A stretch of 40,535 nt of DNA from Perkinsus chesapeaki ATCC PRA-425. Taxonomy: Eukaryota; Protista; Perkinsozoa. The notes beneath the pieces are model-generated. The model made no database searches and was not told where the DNA came from. It saw nothing but the letters and a program-made list of their open reading frames with translations. The stretch covers positions 1 to 40,535 of the forward strand of contig JAAPAO010000311.1 in assembly GCA_013115145.1 (NCBI GenBank), in the 5' to 3' direction. The translations under genes were made by a program, and so were the position numbers. Below are positions 22,729-33,668 of this stretch, in pieces; position 1 is the first letter of the stretch, and each line of letters begins with the position of its first letter.

Positions 22729-25518
22729 ATGGATTCTTGTGGGGACAGCAATTATGGAAGAAATCAGGGATTATTAAAATTAAAAAAAAGTTGTTTTGCG
22801 CCTCACAAACGGAGGGTGCGAAGCTCCACTGGAAGTTATACTGGCTACTCATAGCAATTTTTCACATCGGAGCTCTGGCAATGGGGAGCGTACAGAAATC
22901 AAGCTCTAATACGAGCAAATGAAATTGGCAAGAGCGCAGGGATTTATATCGTCTCGTGGGGATTAGTTTTTCCGTGAAGTGTTTTTGATGCGGAGGTGAA
23001 ATGGAAATTTTGATAGGAAATAGGTTCCTAGTAGATTCGGACCTCAGGGACGGTTCACTCTGGCATTTTTTCAGGCTACGTCTCCTTATGATTCTTCCTG
23101 GCATAAATATGATGCGGGAGATATTATATGGTTACTCATCGCTGTACCACGCAATTTTCACCTACAGGCCATCGTATCCGTCCTTGGACGCTATGTCGAA
23201 GAAGGTAGGTTTGGATATCTATCTTTGCCATGAATTCTAAGTTTACTATTCGCTCGGAATTATGGGGTTTTGTATGTGATTGACCTCGCTTTGAGGTACC
23301 CTTCGAAGGAGGTTGACACTTTTTTTGCGAAGATTTCTTATGTATATTTTTCCTAGTGCGGAGGAGATACAATATGAAGTTTAGTAGGAAATATGTTATT
23401 GGTGAGAGAAGAAATATCTGATGCATTTTTTGATACATTCGATGGGAATATCTGAGGAAGATAACACATGTTCTCTCAGGTATGTGGCAACGGCTTGCCG
23501 CCTCTTCCGAGCGATGGTGGAAATAGTGTTAACTGGTTCACTGTGTGGTGCTCGGCGACGAGCGGCCAATATAGCACAGAGCCCCGAAAGGAGTTCGAAG
23601 GTTCCCCGTACGAAGGAGGACACTCACCGAGATGGTGAAAATACGCAATTTTTTATTGCTTTTCTGAGTATTTAAAGTCTATTAACTACACCTTATTAAA
23701 ATTGAAACCGAGATGGCAAACGTATCAGGATGTCAGACCAGCTTCAGCTGGCTTATCTGGTAGAAATGGTATGTTGAGTTGATTGAGTGTTGAGAAAAAG
23801 GGCGAATGTGGTGGCATAAAGATAATATATAAATGTAAAGAGGTGGTATAAAGATAGTTTATAAATGTAAAGAGGTGGTATAAAGATAGTTTATAAATGT
23901 AAAGAGGTGGTATAAAGATAATATATAAATGTAAATAGGTGGTATAAAGATAGTTTATAAATGTAAATAGGTGGTATAAAGATAGTTTATAAATGTAAAT
24001 AGGTGGTATNNNNNNNNNNNNNNNNNNNNNNNNNNNNNNNNNNNNNNNNNNNNNNNNNNNNNNNNNNNNNNNNNNNNNNNNNNNNNNNNNNNNNNNNNNN
24101 NNNNNNNNNAAATGTAAATAGGTGGTATAAAGATAGTTTATAAATGTAAATAGGTGGTATAAAGATAGTTTATAAATGTAAATAGGTGGTATAAAGATAG
24201 TTTATAAATGTAAATAGGTGGTATAAAGATAGTTTATAAATGTAAATAGGTGGATTTCCATAAGATGGCGGATTCCTTTCCGTTCGACTGTCTCATGGAG
24301 ATTTCAAGGCGAGGAGAGATGAATAAGATGAGAAAAAGCTTCGATAAAAAATGTGGTCAGATTTCCAATTTGAAACGAGTAAGAGACAGGGAGCAATCTA
24401 GGCTCGCGGAAATATGACTCCTCGGCATCACCGAGTCGAGAAAAAAATGTGTTCTTAATGCGGAGGTACGGCACAAAGCTCGTTAGATTACACGTTACTG
24501 GATCAAAAGAAAACATCATATGCATTGCTTCTGGGGACATCACTTATGCTTGTATGCTCTTAGGCGCCCAACGAGTCCTTCAACGCGTGGCTTTTCGCTG
24601 CCCTGGCAGAGCCAGACTGGCCTTTGGCCACCGAGGAGAAGGAACATCTCTTTGTGGAGGTCTCAGAGGAAGGTAAATTTGAGCAATAGAGACTTTCAGG
24701 CAGCGATTCAATATACAGTACTCGGCGACAGTATTGGAGTGTGCACCGCCCTTCCTGAATTTAGCTCTCGAATCACGGAATCCACATGAAAAAATACAAT
24801 CTTCGGAGCAGGAAAGGTTTACCGACGGATGGCTCCAAATCTGGTTCACCTCCTAATTTACACTTGAAAATTCACAGAATTAAGTCATTTTTTTCCGCAG
24901 AAATATGTCAGGAAATGTCCTGTGACAGTATCGTCCTATTGCCCTTGCCCTGAGCCTACCAGATAGCTATCGTAAGCACCAGCGAGTGACATGTGCCTGG
25001 CACATGGCGTAAGCTGCGGTCGGCGAAGCTGCTTTCTGACGAGCTCACGCTCATTCAAAACGAACGCAGATGGCTATTATATATTTGCAGAAACAATTCG
25101 GTCTTCTCATAATGAGAAATTCTCATTGAGAATAACTACTTCGAGTCAGCCGATACCAACCGTTGGTGCTTCGCTGCTAACTACATCCTTACGGAAACTA
25201 AGGACGGTGACCACCCTGAGGCGTCCCGAGTGTCCGACGTCGAAGGCAGAGAAGCAGTTCTACAGTACCTCATAGCGGTAGGGTTTTGTAAGCTTTGGTA
25301 TACAGACCAGGGAACAAAGCACGCTTGGATTGGCGGCGAATTTTCAGCATTCAAGAATATGCTCAACTTGGCAATTCATCGAGGCGGCTGAGGTATCTCT
25401 TCTTATCAAAGATGCGACCATGCTGCGCCATGCGTCATGCCACTGTTTCATACTTGACTGGACAACCGATGAAGAGAAATGGTCGGTCGTGCTGGCCAGA
25501 TGTGTGAATAGAGGGTAA
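22729..25518 (+). CDS. Hypothetical multi-exon protein; boundaries approximate
   Basis: Exon-like segments flanked by AG/GT: VPSRFGPQGRFTLAFFQATSPYDSSWHKYDAGDIIWLLIAVPRNFHLQAIVSVLGRYVEE; APNESFNAWLFAALAEPDWPLATEEKEHLFVEVSEE; QRFNIQYSATVLECAPPFLNL; CFILDWTTDEEKWSVVLARCVNRG*. No family recognised. Confidence 0.35.
23808..24253. repeat. 32-bp minisatellite array interrupted by a scaffold gap
   Basis: Unit ATAAATGTAAA(T/G)AGGTGGTATAAAGATAGTTT on both sides of the N run. True length is unknown. Confidence 0.95.
24010..24109. other. Assembly gap (100 N)
   Basis: Run of exactly 100 N within the 32-bp array. Confidence 1.
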
Positions 25519-25860
25519 ACCGAGCTTGTACTCCGACACAGACTCTGTGTCACAGAGTCTCTGGGATTTCATTTATCTACCTGACGGCACATTCTAGTTG
25601 ATAGAGATGGTTAATCATCAATGATGCACTCATTGTCGTGCGAATCTGACGAGTTTATACGAGGGGTTCCCTCTCGCACTGGCCCCTTGTTAGAGAGAAG
25701 AAGTCTCACGGCGGCCGCCAGTGCACTTGCTTCGATCGGTGTTGTGTTGGACATCGCTACCCTTAGTTCAATCCTATCGTTAAACTCCTGGGTAATGTTT
25801 TTGAGAAATGAGCGAATAATAAACTCAACGAACTTGTATTAAAAATTTGTAAATTTGCAA

Positions 25861-28561
25861 ATGCTGTACACTGAAACTGTCCCCATTTCAGTGCCAAAAG
25901 TGTCTCCATTATGCAAGTATCTCGAACGGAGCCACGCGGAGATAGCGGACGGTTCTCGAAATGGAGATAGTAAGTGCCCATCAAAAATTGTTCCTTTTCG
26001 AGGCGCGTGGCTATTCAGGTTCTTCATCTGGTGTGAATGTGATCTCCATTGAACTGGAGCGGATGCTCCGTCAGGATTTCCGTCGCGCCAGAAAGGATAT
26101 CTTGGAAAAATGGCCGGCTGTCGTTGGAGATTTTCTCGACGAGCGACATTGGGCGGCTAGAGTTGAAAGAACGTGCCAGAAGAAGGGCCGAGTGAAGTAA
26201 GGAAAAAAGGATGGTTCTCGACGGCTCTCTCTGTCGAATTACGCGTGTCGGTCACGCACGCACGCGCCTATTAGTTGTCACGTGGCCCAGAGATCGACAA
26301 ATCATAACAACTTTTGTAGATGGATATGAGGCATGCTGAATCTCTCAGTGCGCTGGAAGGCAATGTCGTCAGTCTTGCTCATCTAAGCTCTACAATTCAG
26401 CTAGGGCCGAAATTGGCCGCCGGCCAGTGGACGGAAAATTACTCGAATTTTCCATATCTTGCCAACCGTTGGCAGCCAATGTATGTAGAGAACCACATGT
26501 ATACTATTAAAGGCAAATCTCCTCAATATGTACGTAGGTACAGTCTGGTGTTGCCCACGGAGGAGCTTCCGAAAGAGCTGGAGGATTTCGTTATTAGACA
26601 ACCGCTGGGTCATGAGATTCTAGAGGAATACGATGAAAGACTCCGGGAAAGATACGCTAGAGGTCGACTTGGTAAGATACTTTTCAGCTCGCTTCAACGA
26701 CCTAAGAATAAATTTACTAGCATAGCTCACACACTATTGATATATCTTTCATATTTTATGTTTGCAACTATCAAACTTTTTATTGAATCTCCGGACTTGC
26801 AATGCTCTTGAACTTTCCAGGGGGTACGTTGTCATCGAGATCGAGAAATCCTTGGTCTACTAGAGAGGGGCATTTTCCCGTTATTCTCAGATCCCACCTC
26901 CAGCATTGGTGTGTCCGAGCGTATCTGGCTTTTGCTTCATCGGTATTATACTCTCTTCGGCACAAAGAGCGGTGAGGGTCGCGGATGGCAACTGGGAACT
27001 CCGACGGAAGCGATGGAGTTGATGACGGTAAGTTCACGGCGTCTTTCTCACCGAACCGCTTCGGAGAGTGGCATTCTCAGAATGCATTTCTTCAGGCTAC
27101 GAGACACAAAAAATCGACCGTGCTTTTGTGGAAATTACCAAATTTCAGCCCACTTATTCGAGTGACGCTGTCCAACGGCATCTTTGCGCCACGCCACGCC
27201 GCGCAGCGCGCGCAATGTCTCCTTCAAACAGTAATAGAAAATCAGTATAATTTAATCAGAGATTTGAACCGTCTGGCGCAGAGGGATCTGAACCGTGGAT
27301 ACCTTGGAGATACTATTTACTGGAATGTATGTTGCCTGGCCGTTTTATCGACCACTTGATGACCATCATGCTACTTTTTGCGTATCCTGCCGAGAGGCGA
27401 CGCGCACATTCGAAAAGATTACGTTTAGAAGAATGAAAATTGCAAGGGTGAGTGTAGAGTGCGTTCGCATCCGATGGGCAAGTTGCTAAAAAGCTAATTG
27501 AAGCGAGCTTATATATGTATGAGATATTAACTTCTCAGCGACTCGCCCACCAGATACGAACGCATCACTGTATATCAGTGAAGATCGGTTTGAGTTGGCT
27601 CTGCAATTAACTGCGCATTGTAACACTACGCAGTCAGCGTCTGGTCTGGCTACTTTTTCCAAGCGGAATGATTCACCAAAGCGCCTTTCGGTCGCCAGAA
27701 GACGCTATCATGAATCATTTCATTCACCAAAATCTGTAGAATCTAGGATTTACTGCCTTTCAGGACCGATTCAGAGTTTCCCACGAGTGCTTCGCATCTC
27801 CCTTGAACGCGACGTTATCATCATTTTGCTCGCTTTTTTACGACACGGATAGTTTTTTCGGAAGCGTCGGCTCGTTTTTCCGACTACCCCTGGATGACTT
27901 TCCGGCAGCATGCGAAATTGGTCCTCCCTATGAGCCCGGTTTGATGCTCAAAGCAGTTCTGAAGGTGGAGAAAATACTTGCGCGTGCGTGCAAAACTTTT
28001 GTGTTCGTTGTCCCGGATTGGGATAACTGTGAGAGCATTGATTCTATCAAACAGAGCAAATATAATATAGGCAGTGTGAGCCTGGATAAAGAAGAGCACC
28101 GTTACAAGAATGGCTTCCAACACATGGTGAGTTTTCGAGTGATTGGTGCAGTCGTAGCGACTTCGTGAGACACTGCTGGCTTTCAAATTTCACTCAGTGG
28201 TACTACCACACTCGGACGCAGGGATTCTACCTTTGTGGTAGAATCCCTGCGAGACTGGGAAACACTATAGACCTCCAACTCTGTCCCAATGAAGGTTGCT
28301 GGCGCTCTTTACCGTTTCGACGGCGCCCTGCGAACCGCGAAGTGTGATCGTCAAGAGCTTCGCGCCTGCGGAACCGCGCCGCCGTTTGACGAATTGCGCA
28401 TGGCCATCGTCTTGTGTCCTCCTCAGGTATTGAAAGCTTCCCTGAAACATTCGATGTGCGAAACGCCCACTCTTATCGCCTGGTTAAGTAGCTCCGAAAC
28501 TGTTCGAGTGTCCGAGGAGAACAAAGAGAGAATGAAGAGCTCCTGGCGACCTGTCAACTGA
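25861..28561 (+). CDS. PCIF1: PCIF1/CAPAM-like cap-specific adenosine N6-methyltransferase homologue; multi-exon, start uncertain
   Basis: RIWLLLHRYYTLFGTKSGEGRGWQLGTP...MT| (donor 27028, acceptor 27763) |DRFRVSHECFASPLNATLSSFCSLFYDTDSFFGSVGSFF...CEIGPPYEPGLM...FVFVVPDW...HRYKNGFQHM| (28127-28426) |VLKAS...LIAWLSS...ERMKSSWRPVN*. This matches remembered PCIF1 motifs LLRRY, ECFASPLN, CSAFPDTDGYFGS, FEANPPF, FIVFIPEW and HEYRSGSQH. Confidence 0.88.
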
Positions 28562-29117
28562 CAGCCTTAACGTGTCTTTTCACCCAAACGTTTCCTTTCC
28601 TTGTCTTTATGCTTTTGCGGTAAAGTGTGATCAATGGGCGCGGGGGTTGCGCAGTGTTGTAATTATTACGACACGATATTACAATGACTGCTGGCTGCGT
28701 TACTCAGTTTCGATATGGAAAATACACTCTTCATTTTCGACGAAATCGAATGAAATTTTCCCAAATTTTTTGTTGTGAAAGAAAATATATTTATATGCAA
28801 TCAGATGTTATCTGATGCTGCTTCAGTTCGTTGTAGTGTTTCCTCGATTTGGCTTGCGTGGGCTACTAACTCTTCTGGAGATCTCGTCCGTAATTCTGGC
28901 GTATTCCCTAACTACGAAGTAGCCTATGCTAGTTTCGGAAGCGATAAGTCCTCATTGTAAACTCGTATCGAAGGTATCCTTAGTACCTGAAAAGTTACGG
29001 TTGGACACCGTGCCCAGCTCGAAGTATTTCGATAACGGTTATTCCATTCCTACCTCTACCCCAAGGGCAGCAGTATATTTCCACGTAGTTCGCAATGACT
29101 ATCTCCGTTAAGGTATT

Positions 29118-31148
29118 TTGTTATCAATGGCGCGGGTGTGCTTCAAGTCATCCCTTATCATCGTCACTATCGGTTTGGTGCTTCTCGTAATTCAACTCTA
29201 CATTGGTGGACTTGGTCTTACTCGAGAGTTCTCTAGTAGAAGGCCCTGGGTCGCGCCGTCGAAGCAAAAAGCCCTGCCCATGATGCTGCAACCGTCGACG
29301 ATCAGGGTGTCCGTTCTCGTTGACGAGACCAGCGGGAGGCCATCTTCTATAGAGTACATTTTGCCGCAGAACCTCGGCGCTGAAGAGCCGTCGTGGACGA
29401 GCATTCAGTGTCTTGGCTGGCGAAGAAATCGATCCTGTGCGTTCGACAACATTTACTACGACGGATCCGCTGGTAACTTTTTCCTTGCTTTGCCTCGCTT
29501 CAATAGCGGGAATGTTCGCAAGGCGCCTTACAGTGGACGAGCACTTCAATTCGACGGCTCCACGGAGAACCACACTGACACGGGCGTTCCTGTTGACGAA
29601 GATTCGGTGAGGAAGTTATTCCTCGGTGTCTCGACTGATGTTAAGGATCGTGCAGAAACCGTTCCGTTTAATCCCGATATTCGATTTTTCTCGAGCAAGG
29701 AGGAATTTCAGGGCTGGATGCAACAGCGACAGTCCAACTTCTTTTCCTGGTTGACTGGTCCGAAGAAAGTCCACAACGTTGAAGGTGTCAGCCTGCACTG
29801 GCAATTTTTTGGTGCGTTGGATGTTGGTCATTTCCTATACGACAGTCTCTATCCTGCCTGGATCACTGCTGTCCGTTTTGGGCACACTTTCGATCCGATT
29901 AATATGGTCCCGCTGGGCGACGATGGCGCCAAGCAAGCGAGAGGAAAGCTCTACTCAGTTCCCCACTGGACCACGTTGGAGCACTTCGGCCAGGGTGACG
30001 TTCTTCTAACCTCGGATTTGACAAGTGGCATTCATTCCTTCTCGCGCCTTCTCGTGGGTAGCAGATTTATGGGGCATAGAAACCCTCAGAGAAGCATGAG
30101 CATGCCTGGTGCGTATTCTTACGAGAACGCCCTGTTCTGGTTCGGTCAAAGGCTGCTAGCTGGCTTCGGTATGGCGGAGTGGCCTTCTGAAGAGGTTGCA
30201 GTCTTGCGATCAGCGTGGCTGGGAGAGTGTCGAGGGGTTATCACTGACAACAAAAGGTTTGACGAAAGGACCAAATCGATGCTCAAAAAGATTGCTGCGA
30301 ATTCACAATCGATGCTCAAGTGCAACATCACTTTCTTGGAATGGGAAAAGTATTCCTACAAAGAGCAGCTGGAGATCATCGGCAGCTCAGACTTATATAT
30401 CAGCTCGACGGGAACTGGGCTGACACGCTGCCATCTGACTCGGCCCCACGGAGCCGTGGTCCATCTTGGTTCATTCGAGCATGTTGGGAATCCGCAGCGT
30501 TATCAAGTATCTTATCGTGACGTTCACTTTGCGACTGGTTCGCCGCATTTGGCTTCGGTATTCTATTCTCGGCGGTTGTGGAACATATATGGAGAGCTTC
30601 AGGAGGAAGGTGTGATCGATGCAATTCAACGCGGTATGAAAAAGGCCAAGGAACTCAGGATTCCAAGACCCTACGAGGACGCTCTCTCCCCTACCTCTGA
30701 AACCTGGGAGCGCTACTGCAATTCGAGCAGTGACGACTGCCAAGCTATGGTTGACGTCCAAAACGGCAATTTCGAGCCCGGCCATCCGCGCGCCGCAGAT
30801 ACGTATATGTGCGAATACTGCTCCTGGGTTGATTATTTCGGCATCGCCCCAATGTGGACGTCCCTAGGGTGCATGGATGGAGATAAGCATGTCCGGTGTC
30901 CTCTCGATCACCAGCTATTAAAATCGGTTATGAAGCCGGATGATATCGCATTCGAGCCTGAATGCTACGACAGAGAAGTTGAGGGCATCCGCGCCGCTAA
31001 GCACGGCCTTCTCAGCCGCGCGGCTGCTGTGATTGGTAAGACGGTCGAGACACTGACTGCAAGCGAGGCCGTTTCGATTATGCTTCAAACTTCTCCGCCA
31101 AATTGCCCTTTCGAGCTTCCTAGGGAGCCGCCAAGCTGTGCCTGCTGA
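29118..31148 (+). CDS. Type II membrane glycosyltransferase, GT61/EOGT-like (DUF563); intronless, 676 aa
   Basis: N-terminal TM anchor (LIIVTIGLVLLVIQLYIGGLG); RSCAFDNIYY; GHFLYDSLYP; SYKEQLEIIGSSDLYISSTGTGLT, resembling the GT61 'EQ..~..aDv.vg.HGAGLT' segment. Confidence 0.7.
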   Translation: MLSMARVCFKSSLIIVTIGLVLLVIQLYIGGLGLTREFSSRRPWVAPSKQKALPMMLQPSTIRVSVLVDETSGRPSSIEYILPQNLGAEEPSWTSIQCLGWRRNRSCAFDNIYYDGSAGNFFLALPRFNSGNVRKAPYSGRALQFDGSTENHTDTGVPVDEDSVRKLFLGVSTDVKDRAETVPFNPDIRFFSSKEEFQGWMQQRQSNFFSWLTGPKKVHNVEGVSLHWQFFGALDVGHFLYDSLYPAWITAVRFGHTFDPINMVPLGDDGAKQARGKLYSVPHWTTLEHFGQGDVLLTSDLTSGIHSFSRLLVGSRFMGHRNPQRSMSMPGAYSYENALFWFGQRLLAGFGMAEWPSEEVAVLRSAWLGECRGVITDNKRFDERTKSMLKKIAANSQSMLKCNITFLEWEKYSYKEQLEIIGSSDLYISSTGTGLTRCHLTRPHGAVVHLGSFEHVGNPQRYQVSYRDVHFATGSPHLASVFYSRRLWNIYGELQEEGVIDAIQRGMKKAKELRIPRPYEDALSPTSETWERYCNSSSDDCQAMVDVQNGNFEPGHPRAADTYMCEYCSWVDYFGIAPMWTSLGCMDGDKHVRCPLDHQLLKSVMKPDDIAFEPECYDREVEGIRAAKHGLLSRAAAVIGKTVETLTASEAVSIMLQTSPPNCPFELPREPPSCAC

Positions 31149-33668
31149 TGAATAATGGAAGCTCTGAGCCTCTTTATATCATTGCTTGATTATATAATGT
31201 AAAGTCGTAATGGATTCACAAAGCTACTGCTTTACAATAAAGTCTCTCCCTTCATATGGGAAATAAAGTCAGCTGTTTATATAGCTCAATCACGCAAGTT
31301 CGTTTTCCACTGTAGATTGGATCAATTGGTTTTGTTGCAGAAAATCTGAGCGTGTTATGTTTAGATCGCAGACAGTAAATAAAGTAGAACAAGACGAGTC
31401 AACGTGGCAGAACTTTGTGCGTCTGCGTGCAGATGTACGCATATGCGAACACCATAGGTTGAAGATCTGAGGATCACCTAAACCCTTTCTGTTGGGTTTA
31501 ATGAACTCATCGCTGATTGTGTGAGATGTCTCCCTCCATCGAAAGTACCACATGCTTCTCAAAGTGCGGCAATCTTGTCGAGACCAAGCAAACACCCCGA
31601 AATCTCAGGTCTAACCTGCAGGTTAGAAAGATACCAGTTGTTGCATTGTTGGTGTGAAAAATGCACAATATCGTCCAGTTAGCCACTGGTCGAGTGCACT
31701 ATATAATGTCCACTGGCAACTTCCCATTGGGAAGTTCCCAGTGGAAGAAGAATCACGAAATGCGTTCCCACTAGGAAGTTTCTAGTAGGAGCATATTTCT
31801 CCTGTCACGTGACGGGCTCGACCTCATTGTTGTGATTCTCCTATTGACTTAACAAAACCGTTGTTGAAGGGATACGAAGGAAAACTTCTTAAAGTAAAAT
31901 ATAGACACTACGTGTTACAGAAGGCTAGTGAGACTAAGTATTGCGCAGCTGCGCTCATAAAACATCACACAATTAAGGGACATCTATTGTGTAATATCAG
32001 CAACTCCCTCAGTTCACTACACATTAATATTCCTCGATGCTAGTTAGATAGTCGATAAGCCTTTCGTGAGGGCTCCATCTTCCAGGATGATCCAAGCAGC
32101 CTGCCCAACCCACACGAAGCTGAACCACTTCTACCAATATCGGGTTTCTCGGCTCACCAGCTTCGAGCTTTGGTTCCTACCAAACCAAAAAATGCACTTG
32201 TTAAACCGATTGGGATTCTTTAGTCGTCGAATCGTACAAAACTCTGCACTCATACATTTTAAGTGCAGAACTTTATTGAGATATGTTGACCCTATATTTT
32301 AGGGCAGTCTAAAATACGACAGGTGGGCCGTCGATAAATAAGGAGTTCTTACTGAGTGTGTATGTGTGTGTGAGTCTATCGTCCAACGCCAAAAATGACT
32401 TAGACTATCCGTTCTCTGCGCAACTGCCGGTCCATACTCAGAAATCCTTAGGGAATGCGAGTATGGGAGCACATTGAGTATTTCGTAGCTGAGGGTAAAC
32501 CTTTCCGGAGCGTTACATCATATACACTCTAGGCAAGAGTAGTTCTCAGTAGCTCAGGATTACTAGTCCTGCGATACTATCAAAAGGATAAAACTTCGAC
32601 GTTGGATGGAGGAAGCCAGTTCAAGTGATACCACTGAAATGATATCATCGTCAAATCTGAATGCTACAGAAGGTTATCCCAATCTCGACGTCATCCGAAG
32701 GTCATCATCGGATGAACCCACATCGGGCTCATGCAGCTCAACATTGTTGGGCTAATAATCATATCAGGCGCTCTCTGTTGCTCTCTTGACTAAAGGAAAG
32801 ATACCAGTTATATATAACTTGCTCAGGTATTTTTCAATCTGAGCTAAACTGAGGCTGTGGAGCTGCCCAAGTATATCGCAGTATCTTGTTGAGCCTTCAT
32901 AGTGACAACTCGAACGATTACTCATAAGTAAATCACACAAATAAAGACTTATGTGACCTCAAATATGAAACACAGCGTCTACCAATGGTCGAACTATGAA
33001 TGATTACAGAATGTTTTACTGTACGCAAGCGCACCGCTCAAGTTGAGCGCAGGGAAACCGTGATGCGGCGCGCCGCACACTGTGCGGAGCACAGGTGGCG
33101 CAACCACCGGCCGCTGCCCCGGACACTGCAATATGGAAAATTTCCATTGGGCACGCACGTCTTGCATTTCCTCATCACCGATGGGTCATCGCGCACTTTA
33201 CGGTATAAAGGGGATATTAGCTTCCATCGCTCAGTGCAGTTGGCTTCGGTAATCTTCGAGGTGGCGCCAAGTTGGCGCCCTGATAGGGTACCCCGCTGGG
33301 AAACATGTAGATTATATGGAATAATACTACGTTCAAGCTGGTTGTTAGTTGTACGTCATGAACGGCAGAGATTGCTTGACACATTTGCCGAGCAGCCACA
33401 TTCACATTTAGATGCTCGGAAGCTTATAGGCATGTTCACGCGCATCAGTGTATAACCTCCAGTGGAGGCACAGCGGCGACGCGATCGATTTCACCACAGC
33501 AAGCTGTAGGAAACAAAGAAGTCGTAGAGATGTTGGGCATTTCTGGTTCTAGAGTCTAAACAGATGAGTGTGACGTTCTCCGACTCCGGCCCTATTATTA
33601 GGCAACCTGAGAGTAATGAAACCGTCTCCGCTGTTCGCCTTTTCTGTGTAGTTTTGGCGACCTCAATA

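Noticed and set aside
27255-27300. Antisense B-box-like motifs (GGTTCAAATC, GGTTCAGATCC) in the long PCIF1 intron
   Set aside because: No valid 5-bp T-stem or acceptor-like tail; probably chance.
33000-33455. 151-aa ORF upstream of the duplicated gene
   Set aside because: No motifs, not part of the duplicated unit, and composition typical of a chance ORF.
33564-33668. 35-aa N-terminal extension of copy 1 in the ORF track
   Set aside because: Copy 2 starts at the equivalent MNR, and a pyrimidine-AG acceptor lies within the extension.
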